From Eledone cirrhosa (lineage: Eukaryota): a stretch of 64,000 nucleotides of DNA. Below, in pieces: positions 16,780 through 28,600 of the stretch. The notes beneath the pieces were generated by a model that did not search any database, was not told the origin of the DNA, and was given only the letters and a program-made list of their open reading frames with translations. The position numbers and the translations under genes are program-made. The DNA is taken from contig OZ024741.1 of the NCBI GenBank assembly GCA_964016885.1, forward strand, positions 233,182,001 to 233,246,000, read 5' to 3'. Every line of letters starts with the position of its first letter. Position 1 is the first letter of the stretch.

Positions 16780-19185
16780 TAATAAAAACAATGAATAAAA
16801 ACAAAGAAACAGTTTATTATATTAAAAAGTTCATCATTTTACGATCGTTTCTAGGATATATATGTGTGTGTTGGTATGTATATCATATAGATCTATGTAA
16901 AAAATTTACAAACTATCAGAGGAAATATACATACCTACACATATATATGCTGTCTTCGGGAATAATGATATTTGTTTATTGAAAAAAAACAACAAAGATT
17001 TAATATAATAGGTCTGTTTGGGAACAGGTTTTGAATTGACCAATAGAAAAGTAGTAAGTGGTCAAGTTGATAGAATAGTAGTAGTAGAAATTTAATTTAG
17101 GGGTAGAGGAATGCAGACTTAAGTTTTGAATGGAAAGAATACTTTGAATGAAAAGATTACTTTGGGGATGAAAAGAGGTCAAGCCGGTGAAAGGTACACG
17201 AAAATTTGATGTTATTAAAGAATAATGCTAGTGTTAAAATCGAAGGAGAATAACATTTTAGGGTAAATGTGTTAGTGAGAAATACCAATCTTATTTAAAA
17301 TACAAGGAATTTGGATCTATAACAAGAAATTAAATTAATTTAATTGATAGGTATACTTATAGGGATAAATTTATATTAATTCATATAGATGTGATAAATA
17401 AGAGTTAGATGTTATTAAAGAATGTTGTTAAAAACGAAGGAAAAAAATGTGGGGATAAATATATTAGTGAGAAATAAACTTATATAGACTACAATGAATT
17501 TAGATTCATAACAGGAAATTTAAATAGTTTATATGTATACTTATAGGTATTAATTTTAGGAAAAGAGAGCTGTAACAGGTAACAGGGAAATAAAATTATG
17601 AAGTTCTCAGTAGTAAAATACTAATTATAGGTTAACTAAATTAAAAAAACTAATTATAATAATTTGTAAAATATAAGTGTAAGGTGTATATTAATTAGGT
17701 TTATAATATTTGAAAGTTCTTCTAATTCTATGATTGCACGATATAATTAATTTTTGTCTCTTATTTAATAGGATATCCTTAGATTTCATTATTTCAAAAA
17801 GTTCCTGGGAACATAATCTACACTCATATCTGTTATTTTGATAAGGGGTGGCCCTTTTGAGCACACTCCAGGTCAGGTTATAATCGATATTCTTTTTTCT
17901 ATAATTATTAATTATTTCAGCCAAGGATGCTGTATTAGCTAATGCGGCATTTTAAAAACAATGTTTGTGGGTATTAAATCTTACTTTAAATTGGTTAGAA
18001 GTAGCTCCTATATATGAATAAGTTGAGTCTTTAGTGTTAATTTTACATTTATATACTATGTTATTAATAAGACAATTTCCCTTTAATGGGCAATTTCTTT
18101 TGTTTCTACAGTTACAACCATTCGTGAATATTATATCAGGGGAGTTAGTCAAATTTGGTGTGTAATTTACTCGACTTGTTATATGTGAAGGAGATGGTGG
18201 TTTGTTGCGGTTTATTTTAGTATTATGGTTAGTTTGATGTGTTGGTGGTATATTCATGGTTTTTTTACATTGTAGGCACTTATATTTTGTTGTATATTTT
18301 TGGTAGTGGAGTAGGAAAATTTGACCGTTGATCTATTTAAAATTTGATGGTATTTATGGTTTGGCGGGAAGTTTTTCTCTAGGATAGTAAAAAAAATTTA
18401 GGGATATTATCTTTAATTTGTAGATTAAATGGAGCATTATACCAAGTAACTCGTCTATTACGGTTTCGATGTTGTTTTTTATATTTATACGATGTATCAG
18501 GATGTTTACTAAGAGAGTTACTATTAGTGAATTTATTATATATAGGTTTAGTTAGATTAACTGATTTAGGTGTTTTAGTCTGATTATTAGGAATTTTGTT
18601 AGTAATGTTGTTAACATATATTGGAGTATTAGGATGAATGGTGTTTTGAGAGTTATTATATTTTATGTGAGAAGAGGTAGAGAAATTAAGTTTTAAGTGG
18701 GTATTTTGGGGTGTAGTGTGAGTGGCATTTAAGTGTGTGTTTTTCATTTGGTGTTTGTTGATAATGTTGGGTTGTATGTTTGAAATATTATTGTTACAAG
18801 GTATATATACTAATTTGTTTTTGTGGTCACTTCTAGCTAAAGCTTCGTTATAAAAGGTCGCATTTTTATCGAATATATCCTGGTTAGATGAAAGGTTAGA
18901 AATTCTGAGTGAGATATTATATGTTAGGTTTTTAAGGATAGATCTAGGGTGATTGGATTGTGAGTGTATGTAATGTAAGTTTTTGTTAGGTTTATGGTAA
19001 GGTTGGTTGATATCCGTAGATAAGTCTAAAGTTATATCAAGGAAATTAACTACTTTACTGGTGTTTTCAAATGTAATAGTGAGACTTATAATAGTCTTTG
19101 AGGAAAGTTCTAAGTTTTTTATTTTTTTCAATTTCTGATAGGCTAAGGTTAGTGGAAAGAAGAAGACAGTCATCATGATATACAT
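16755..19185 (-). mobile_element. 5'-truncated Penelope-like element (RT C-terminal half, GIY-YIG, long 3'UTR)
   Basis: YHDD, VNFLDITLDL, YHKPN, SNHP, RRVTWYNAP, CNCRNKRNCPLKGNCL, YIGATSNQFKVRFNTHK, CRLC. Bounded by (TA)n. Confidence 0.9.
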
Positions 19186-19234
19186 ATATATATATATCCT
19201 TCGTTATATATATATATATATATATTTATTTATT

Positions 19235-19580
19235 TAGGTTTGTTGGTTCACCACTGAATAGAACTGGTCATTCCGTATGGTCAACCTCGATGTAATATTA
19301 TGGAGAGCACTCAACATAATGCAACTCACCCGTCTTCGTTTGTGTAGTTAGTCGCGTGCGAGTACGGAGTTAATTATTATAAAATAACAGGAGGCTGGAC
19401 TGGTGTAATTCCTTAAAAGGTTTATTATACTATGATCATTTCAATGACCGGGTTCAGTATGAATCCGGTGACATCATCAGGTATTCAAAATATAACAAAG
19501 GAATATAATAGACAAAATCCATAGGGCTGAAAATCAGAGACATGGGGGCGATCGAACATTTAGCAGCTTCTACCCCGGGC
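19235..19580 (-). mobile_element. Non-coding hammerhead-bearing element, family A (also at 52788-53268)
   Basis: Colinear similarity with 52800-52990 and with the reverse complement of 53000-53268. Confidence 0.8.
19427..19484 (-). ncRNA. Type I hammerhead ribozyme with extended stem II
   Basis: atac-CTGATGA-(tgtcaccggattcatactgaacccggtcatt)-GAAA-tgatca-TA-gtat. Confidence 0.75.
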
Positions 19581-19704
19581 GTACAGCTCACTGAAAATAT
19601 ATGCTATTTTCAAAAATACACAGTGACTGACCGGCCTTATTTGCATATTTTTTTGAAAATAGCATATATTTTCACTAGCTCTGGCAGTTTGGCAGGTGAA
19701 CAGT

Positions 19705-19754
19705 GAGCTGTACTGATGAAGGATGATACCCAGAAACATTAGTATCTGCAGTTC
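19705..19754 (+). ncRNA. Type I hammerhead ribozyme (copy 1, AUC variant with a stem III mismatch)
   Basis: gagctgta-CTGATGA-aggatgataccca-GAAAC-attagt-ATC-tgcagttc. Confidence 0.7.
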
Positions 19755-20146
19755 TGTTGGCATGCCAACACAAGAGCAAGAATGAAGTGTTCATTCTACT
19801 GACATGGCTATAAAATTGAGGCTTGTTTGCAAAATTGCAAACGAATCGAATGTTATTATTAATATTCGAAAAACGCAGATTACATTTATTGTATTCAGCC
19901 ATGTAGAGCGAAATTTTCTTTTTTTTTTATTTGAATTTGGCAAAGCCGGCCATTTATCGCTCGTATACAGGAAACTGACTGGCCAGTCTGCTGATATGCA
20001 AATCTGGCTGATCAGTGGATCTACTAATATGCAGATCTGACTGATCAGCCAGTCTGCTAATATGCAAATCAGGCCGATCAGTCACTGTGTATTTTTGAAA
20101 ATAGCATATATTTTCACTAGCTCTGACAGTTTGGCAGGTGAACAGT

Positions 20147-20196
20147 GAGCTGTACTGATGAAGGGTGATACCCAGAAACATTAGTGTCTGAAGTTC
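20147..20196 (+). ncRNA. Type I hammerhead ribozyme (copy 2, canonical GUC)
   Basis: gagctgta-CTGATGA-a-gggt-gat-accc-a-GAAACA-ttag-TGTC-tgaagttc. Confidence 0.85.
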
Positions 20197-20347
20197 TGTT
20201 CGCATGCCAACACAAGAGCAAGAATGAAGTGTTCATTCTACTGACATGGCTATAAAATTGAGGCAAAATTGCAAACGAATCGAATGTTATTATTAATATT
20301 CGAAAAACTCAGATTATATATATATTTATATATATATATATAATATA

Positions 20348-20404
<57 letters not shown>

Positions 20405-20829
20405 ATTAGAGTTAAAACTCAATTGGAACCCTGTAACTATTAAAATAACAGATTAAAGTTTAAGCAAAGAATCGCTGCTTTCACCCTTAACGGGATCGAG
20501 CCCTCTTTGGATTTTAGACTTCAAATTTATTATTATTACTATATATATATATATACTTTGCTCTTTCTCTCTATGCTAGTCTACAATTCAAATTCCCCGT
20601 TTGTTTCTCTCGGATTTTCAATTAATATTTACATGTTTTTAAATGATTTGTCTCATTCTGTTGGACCCTTCCTAAATCAAATCCTTCTCCTAAAGTTACC
20701 CATTTCCCGCCCTCCTACCCTCACACACCACCATTGCTAATGGTCCAATCATAACTCAGCGGCTTTAGTAAGTTCCCTAATAAATCAGTATAGCAAAGCT
20801 ACCGCCGCGGTTACTACCCCTTAAGTTTA

Positions 20830-23800
20830 GACCTGTTTCATGGGTTGACTGCGGAGATTTGGAAAGTCTAAGCATTCAATGACAATGTCACAGATAAAGA
20901 TAAATTCACCTCCTGCTGCAGGACGAAAATACAAAGACCCCCTCTCTATTTCAGACACAAATGACCAACATAATTCCGTCTCCCACACCCCTCCCTGCCC
21001 CTCTAACCCATCCATCCCACCCTCCCAACTTCAGAGTTGGTACCATGAACGTAGGCACATTAAAAGGTCGCTCAAATGAGGTTGTAGAGATGCTTGAACG
21101 TAAAAAAGTTGATGTTTGTTGTATTCAAGAGGCTAGGTAGAGAGGGGGATTCTACCAGATTCATCGTGGGTAAAAAACGATGCTATAAACTTTTCTGGGT
21201 GGGAAAAGACAACGGACTGGGTGGAGTAGGAATTATGTTAGCTGTAAAATGGGTAGATAAGGTAATCGACGTAAATAGAGTAAATGACAGAATAATTAAA
21301 ATAAGGCTAGTTCTAAATAAAACTACTGTGACAATAATATCCGCTTATGCACCCCAATCTGGTCTACTTGACGTTATAAAGGACAGGTTCTATGGGACGC
21401 TAATGCACATTACCTCCCAAATAACCGACAGTGACTACATAATTATTACTGGCGATCTAAACGGCCACGTTGGACAACATAGTGATGGCTATGATGGAAT
21501 CCATGGAGGCTATGGGGTTGGAAATAGAAATGAGGAAGGCTTCAGAATCCTGGAATTCTGTGACGCAAATAGCCTAACTATCTGTAACACAAATTTCAAA
21601 AAACGTGAAAACCACTTGATCACCTATAGATCAGGGGAACACGCCAGCCAGATAGATTATATCCTTACTAGAAGACGGTACAAAGTGTCTGTTGTAAACA
21701 CTAAATACCTCCCCCAACATAGCCTAGTAGTTAGTGACCTCACAGTCAGGAATAGACGTACTCGACGACAGAGGAGGCCTACCTTGAGAAGAATATGGAA
21801 GTTGAAGGACCCCATAGCCAGTGACAAATTTAAAAGCTTATTACTTGATGCCTTTGACAATAAGGAAGAGCAATTAGAGACGTGCGATATAGAGGAACAG
21901 TGGAAATTCTTGAAAGTAAATCTGCTGAAAGCAACGGATGAAATCTGTGGTTGGAGCAGACCTATTGGCAGGAGGAGAGTAACTTGATGGTGGAACAGTA
22001 AGGTAGAAGAGACAATCAAGGCCAAAAAGCAGGCTTGGAAATTATGGCAGGATGGGGGAAGTAGAGAGCACCATCAAGTAGCCAGGAGAAAAGCTAGGAG
22101 ACAAGTGTACCTTGCAAAAAGGGAAGCAGGGGATAGAAAGTTCAAGCATGTTCTACAACGTGAGGAACAAAAACGCGAGGTGTTCAGGATTGCTACACAG
22201 TGTGTCAAGGAAAACCGTGATATTGTCTGGGAGAAGTGTGTCCGTAATTATAACGGTGTACTTGCTCTCACTCATGCTGATAAGAAGGTAGCCTGGAAGT
22301 GTCACTACGAGAGACTATTAAATGAGGAGAATAAGTGGGAAAAAGATAGTCTGCCCCAAATCGATCCAATAGAAGGACCAGCAGTGCAAGTTAAAGTTAG
22401 TATAATAAGTAAGGCAATCAAAGATATGAAGACAGGCAAGGCATCTGGGCCTTCGGAGATAGTTGCTGAGATGTTGAAGGCATCTGGAATGGTGGGACAT
22501 ACTATGGTCACCCGTATAGTTAACCAAGTAATACAGAATGGGGTCATACCAAAAGACTGGCGTAGCAGCATCATCATTAACTGCTACAAGGGTAAAGGAG
22601 ATGTTCTAGATAGAGGAAACTATAGAGGCATTAAGTTAGTTGACCAGGTCATGAAGGTCACAGAAAGAGTTATAGCGCAACTAATCAGAGAGCGAATTGA
22701 TTTAGATGAAATGCAGTTTGGGTTTGTGTCAGGTAAAAGTACCACAGACGCTCTTTTCCTTGTACGACAACTACAAGAGAAGTACCTAGCTAAAAGTAAA
22801 CCCTCTACTTAGCTTTTGTAGAACTGGAAAAAGCCTTTGACAGAGTCCCCTGCTCCATTATCTGGTGGGCTCTTAGAAAACTAGCTGTAGATGAATGGCT
22901 TGTGAGAGATATATAAGCTATGTATAATGAAACAGTCAGTAAGGTTAGAATTAACAATGAATATTATGAAGAATTTAGTGTAAAAGTTGGTGTTCACCAA
23001 GGCTCTGTCCTTAGCCCCCTCCTATTTATTATTGCCCTTCAGGCTATAACAGAGGAGTTCAAGACCGGCTGCCCATGGGAACTCCTATACGCAGATGATC
23101 TAACGCTCATAGTTGAATCAATGGCTGAACTAGAAAAGAAATTCCAAACATGGAAGCATGGCCTAGAATCAAAAGGCCTTAAAGTTAACTTGTCTAAGAC
23201 TAAAGTCCTAGTTTGTAGAAAGGAAAATAAGGTACAGATACCCTCAGGGAAAATGGCCTTGCTCAGTGTGTAGGAAGGAGTATGCAGAAATTCAATTTTA
23301 TGTCCCAAATGCACAGTATGGGTACATAAAGGATGTAGTGGGATCACAGGTAAACTATCTAAGAACGTAGACTTTATATGTGGCCGATGCTCAGGTGCAA
23401 TAGGTAGCAAGTGTCCACAGGATACTAGCCCCTTCTATTGCCCAGATGGTTCTATAGAAACACTTTCCGTTACCTGGGTGACGAAATCAGCAGTGGTGGA
23501 GGTTGTTCTGAAAGTACAGTAGCCGGAGTCAAAACGGGATGGAAAAAGTTCAGAGAGCTTATACCGCTGTTGGCCACAAAAGGTTTCTCTCTAAAAATGA
23601 AAGGCAGATTGTATGATGCTTGTATACGAACAGCAATGCGACATGGCAGTGAGACATGGGCATTGCGTGCAGAGGACCTGCATAGACTGGAAAGGAACGA
23701 AGCATGCATGCTCCGTTGGATGTGTAATAGTAATATACGTTAACGGCAAAGCATAAATGAACTAAGTGAGAAATTAGGAATAAGAGGGATCAGATGCTGT

Positions 23801-24050
23801 TTACTCGAGAGAAGACTACGTTGGTATGGCCACGTGATACGCATGAAAGACGACAGCTGTATAAAAAAGTGCAGGGCGATCAAAATTGATGGTAGTTACG
23901 GAGTAGGTATCCCAGAAAAACCTGGGACGATCTGATAAATTCCGACCTTACACACTTGCACCTCTCTAAGACAATGTCACTGGACCGAGATTTTTGGCGC
24001 TACGCAGTAATACAGAAGACCCGCCTTGCCTATGTACAAAGCGAAACCTA
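20830..24050 (+). mobile_element. Near full-length RTE-type LINE (APE endonuclease + RT + inserted PHD finger), pseudogenised
   Basis: RVGTMNVGTLKGR, CIQE, ISAYAPQ, GDLNGHVG, IDYIL, NYRGIKL, QFGFVSGKSTTDA, GVHQGSVLSPLLF, LLYADD, HGSETW, LRWYGHV. Multiple stops and frameshifts. Confidence 0.92.
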
Positions 24051-24247
24051 CAGTCAGTAGGCACCTCTTAACCAAATATACACCCCAATCCACTACCCCT
24101 ACCCTATCCTCCCACTCCCACCAACACCACTCTCTCTCTATAAAGTTGGTACCACAACATCCAGTCCAAATAAATGAGATGATCGAGATCGAGATCGTGT
24201 AGGTGTCACGAGAAAAAAACACAGTCCACGCTGTAATGTGATCTTCC

Positions 24248-25061
24248 ATTCGTTGCATTACCATCTTTGATTGTTTACAGTCTCGCTCGTTCCCCTTATT
24301 TACGTGTCCCAACGACTTTCTTTAGCCGTTGCTCGCACCAACCGGAGGTATATAGTCTTTAAAGCGATGAAATACCAATGAAGGTTGGCAGATCACTGAT
24401 GAAGGACTAACTTTATTCATATGTAACCCATTTGCAACCACGCAGCACGTTTGTTTTCATATTCACACATATTTTCCTCCGCTGTGACCCGTCTATTTCG
24501 CTCTTACTGCTTCCTCTTTCTCTGTATCTTTCACCTCCCTTTACCCTCTCTAACAGTCACTCTCTCTCTCTCTCTGCTAGCCTCTTCCTCACCCTTCACT
24601 CACTCACTCTCTGCTACTACCTCTCCTACTTCCTCCCGTTTGGCCTGTGCGTAATTCTTTTCTCGCGCACGCTTGACCAGGCTGGTTGTTCCTTTTTTCT
24701 CTCTTGTCTACGATTTCACAGAACTTATGTTCACCGAATTCAGGGACTAGACTCCTTCTTCCTCCCGTTTGACTTGTGCGGAATTCCTTCCTTGCTCACA
24801 TTTCGACTAGGTTTGATGGTCTTTATTCTCTTTCGTTCACGATTTCACCGAACTTAGAAATCTGGGACTTGACTCTTCCTTCCTCACTTTTCGTTGCATT
24901 ACCATCTTTGATTGTTTACAGTCTCGCTCGTTCCCCCTATTTACATGTCCCAACCACTTTCTTTAGCCGTTGCTCGCACCAACCGGAGGTATATGGTCTT
25001 TAAAGCGATGAAATACCAATGAAGGTTGGAAGATCACTGATGAAGGACTAACTTTATTCAT
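24248..25061 (+). repeat. ~175-bp direct repeat (24248-24421 / 24890-25061) with internal duplications
   Basis: 'cgttgcattaccatctttgattg...gatcactgatgaaggactaactttattcat' occurs twice; 24625-24730 resembles 24755-24860. Confidence 0.85.
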
Positions 25062-25079
25062 ATATATATATATATATAG

Positions 25080-25890
25080 CTCACTTTACCTAAAGTTATC
25101 TTTAACCTCACTACTTCTTTTAACCGCATCCCCTATCTATCACACTCAATACCTAGGATTAGTAAATATAATTAATATCTTTAATATTACGGTTGTTTAG
25201 ATAAATACACTACTTTTTATAAAATGTTATCTATTTCAGTCTTTCTATACATATTTTTTTTTTCTTTTACTTCTTTATTTATCACATCCATAAGAATTAA
25301 TATAATTTTAACTCTGTAAGTATACCTATCAATTAATTTAATTTCCTTTTGTGTATCTAAGTTCCTTAAAATTTAAACAGCAGTAGTATTTCTCACTAAC
25401 ACTCTCATCCCACAAAATATTCTTTTCCCTATGCTTTTAACAACATTCTTTAATAACATAAATTTTTTTTTTTGGGGGGGGGGGAGGGGAATCCTTCACT
25501 ATCTCATTAACTTGACCTCATTTTAACCTCTATCTTTCTCTTCCCCATTCTTTTTATTCAAAGCATAAATTTACATTCCTCCACTCCTAGAATAAAGTTT
25601 TTACTATGGTTATTCTATCAACTTGACCTCTAACTTTTCTATTGGTCAATTCAAAACCTGTTCCCATACAGACTTTTTGTATTAATACTTTCTTTCAATA
25701 AACATACTTTATCATTTCTGAAGTTGGCATATATAAGTGAAGGTATCTATATCTCCTCTGATAATTTGTAATATTATTTTAGATCTTTAATATGATATAC
25801 ATACCAACATACACATATATATATCCCAGAAACGATCGTAAAATGATGATTTTTTTTATTATAAGGAACCTGTTCTTTGTTTTTATTTCA
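25080..25890 (+). mobile_element. Solo PLE 3'UTR/pseudo-LTR related to 16755-17450
   Basis: Reverse-complement match (ttggtcaattcaaaacctgttccca; gatatacataccaaca; gaaacgatcgtaaaatgatg; attgtttttattaatttat). Confidence 0.8.
25712..25846 (+). ncRNA. Degenerate hammerhead with ~105-nt stem II (counterpart at ~16832-16970, minus)
   Basis: tcattt-CTGAAGt...GAAA-cgatcg-TA-aaatga. The 16.9-kb copy reads cCGAAGA. Confidence 0.55.
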
Positions 25891-26043
25891 TTGTTTTTAT
25901 TAATTTATCTTGACTCTGTTTCCCTATGATTTTTATCGTTAAATTTTGAATGCATTTTCTCTTTTCATGATATCTTCTATATTTGGATTACATTGAGTTC
26001 TCCATACGGATTGGACACTACCGTTTATTTTGGTAGATTTATC

Positions 26044-26078
<35 letters not shown>

Positions 26079-26170
26079 TTATATCAATAAATATATACAT
26101 ATATATATATATATATTTAGATAAATAAATATATACACACACATATATATACATATTTTGATAAATAAAT

Positions 26171-26300
<130 letters not shown>

Positions 26301-26318
26301 AACATCATAAGACAATTA

Positions 26319-26391
26319 TTCCATTTACCAAAAGTTTCACGAAGACAGACGAGCTCGATACAGACGTCTGAAATCGTTCATCAGAATGAAA
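26319..26391 (-). ncRNA. Type I hammerhead ribozyme upstream of and antisense to a PLE ORF
   Basis: tttcatt-CTGATGA-acga..cagacg...cgtctg..tcgt-GAAAC-ttttg-GTA-aatggaa. Confidence 0.75.
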
Positions 26392-26599
26392 TTTTATTTG
26401 AAGTGGATATGAGATATGGATTTCAAAACAAAGGCTAAAATAATTGAAAGCGAGGCTGATATAAAATAAGATAACGGACGTAATGTAATGGGGGGAAATA
26501 ATAATATATATGTATATTTATATTATTCAGAATATTAATAAATGAAGACATTCACATAATCAAAATATATGTTTTATTATATATATATTTCGAAGGTAC

Positions 26600-28600
26600 T
26601 GTGTTGTTTTTTCAGTACGTCCTTATTGCACCTTCGAAATCCGATTTTGGAATAATTAGTAAAAACATAATAGATAGGATTTTGTCAATGTTAAAATTGA
26701 GGTCAAGGCTAAACCTATGGAAGTGCACTAGTGAAGTCATAGATGGGTTCAATAATATCGAAAATAAGAAAAATCATGAATTCATTCAAATGGACATAGC
26801 GAGTTATTACTCCTCAATAACTCCTAACCTACTAAATAAGGCGCTTTCATATGCACAGATCTATCTAGTGATGAGATAAATATCATTTTAACAGCTAGGC
26901 GAACCTTGATAGATTTTAATAATGAGTTTTGGACAGAAGAACTTTGACATTACTATGGGCTCGTCTGATTCGGCGCAAGTTACCGATCTTGTGGGTATTT
27001 TCATCCTTAATATGATAAATAGAAAACTGCCGGAGATTACCGGTGGCTTATATAGAGACGACATATTATTTACTGTGGTTAAACATAATAATAGTGAATT
27101 AAATAGAGTAAAGAAAGTAATTATAGAATTCTTTAAAAATTATGACCTGAAATTAGAAGTAGAAAATAACAATAAAATAGTTAATTTTTTAGATGTAACT
27201 CTTAATTTGAACTCAGGCCTCTATTACCCCGTCCATAAACTCAATGAAAACTTAAATTATGTTAGTTTTATTCTAATCATCCTAAAAATGTTAAGAATAC
27301 AATAGTCAACAGTGTCCAACAACGAATATACAGATTATCTGCTAATAGATCCATAGTTAATAGTAAAGCTGTATATTATAACGAAGCGTTACCTAAAGCA
27401 GGATATAAAAATAATATTGAGTATGTGGAAAAAAATAATATTAATTATAATCGCAGTATTCATAATAATAATAATAGAAATGACTGTAAAAACAACAACT
27501 TGAGGAATAAATCGGGGAGAAAAATAAGGACTAGATCTATAATTTGGTATGCTCCGCCAGCATCTTTAACTATTAAAACACCTTTAGCACATTTATTTTT
27601 TAAAGCCTTGGATAAATGTTTCCCTAGATCACATAAGTATTACTCTATCTTCAATAGACTCACAGTTAAACTCTCTTATTCAACAAATATGAATATTGCT
27701 CAAAATATAGCAAAAGTAAATAGTAAAAACCTTAATTTGAACCAACATATAATTAGAGATAATAATAATAATACAATAGTTAATTGGAATAACAATAATA
27801 ATAGTTTGAATACGAATAATAGTAGAACACCTCTAAATAATAGTAATAATACGAATAGTATAAGTTATAGAAATAACATAGAAATGAATTGTAACTGTAG
27901 AAGGAAATCTGAATGTCCCTTACAAAATAACTGCCTTGACAAGAATATAGTGTATAAATGTACCATTAAGACAAATAATAATAATAGATATAACTACATT
28001 GGTGCCACTTCTTCTAAGTTTAAATATCGCTTTTACAATCATAAACATTCTTTTTCTAATCCAGATAAAAAAATTTCAACATGAGTCTCACAATTAATAT
28101 GGTCTTTGAAGGACAAAAATATCAAATACTCAATTTCTTGGAGTAAGTTAAAGAAATCTGATTCCTACCGAATCACATCCATTTCACCAAATTGCAATCT
28201 TTGCAATCTAGAGACTCTATTGATAATTACAAATTATGGCAATTTAATTAATAAGAAAAATGAGTTATTTAGCAGCTGTCAACATAAGTCTGGTAGGACT
28301 TTCCAAGCATTATACAAATTTCGAAAAAATATTGACTATTAATAATTTTTTTAAAAATTAGATATATAACTTTTTGCCTTACCGAAAAAAAAAATTTTTG
28401 TCGTTTTTATCTAGTAAATTAATCTCATTATGAGTCTCAGTATCCTTTGTTTGGATTTAGAAAGGTCATTGTTTAACTAAAAATTTCTTGATTTGTGGTT
28501 TGAAATATCTTCTGGTTTCAAAGTACTTAAATGTTTTAAATGTTCACATATGATGAACGAGTTATCTTCCTTTGTTTACATTCTTCGTTTATAATTTTGT
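26600..28600 (+). mobile_element. Penelope-like element RT + GIY-YIG, pseudogenised
   Basis: LIAPSKSDFGIISK, MDIASYYSSI, FDITMGSSDSAQVTDLVG, GLYRDD, VNFLDVTL, IIWYAPP, CNCRRKSECPLQNNCL, YIGATSSKFKYRFYNHKHSF, CNLC. Confidence 0.92.

Larger units (their letters stand above)
19580..20316 (+). mobile_element. Non-coding hammerhead element, family B: inverted head plus 442-bp tandem repeat (retrozyme-like)
   Basis: 19650-19880 is repeated at 20092-20316. 19594-19648 is the reverse complement of 20060-20115. A fragment recurs at ~39255-39312. Confidence 0.8.
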
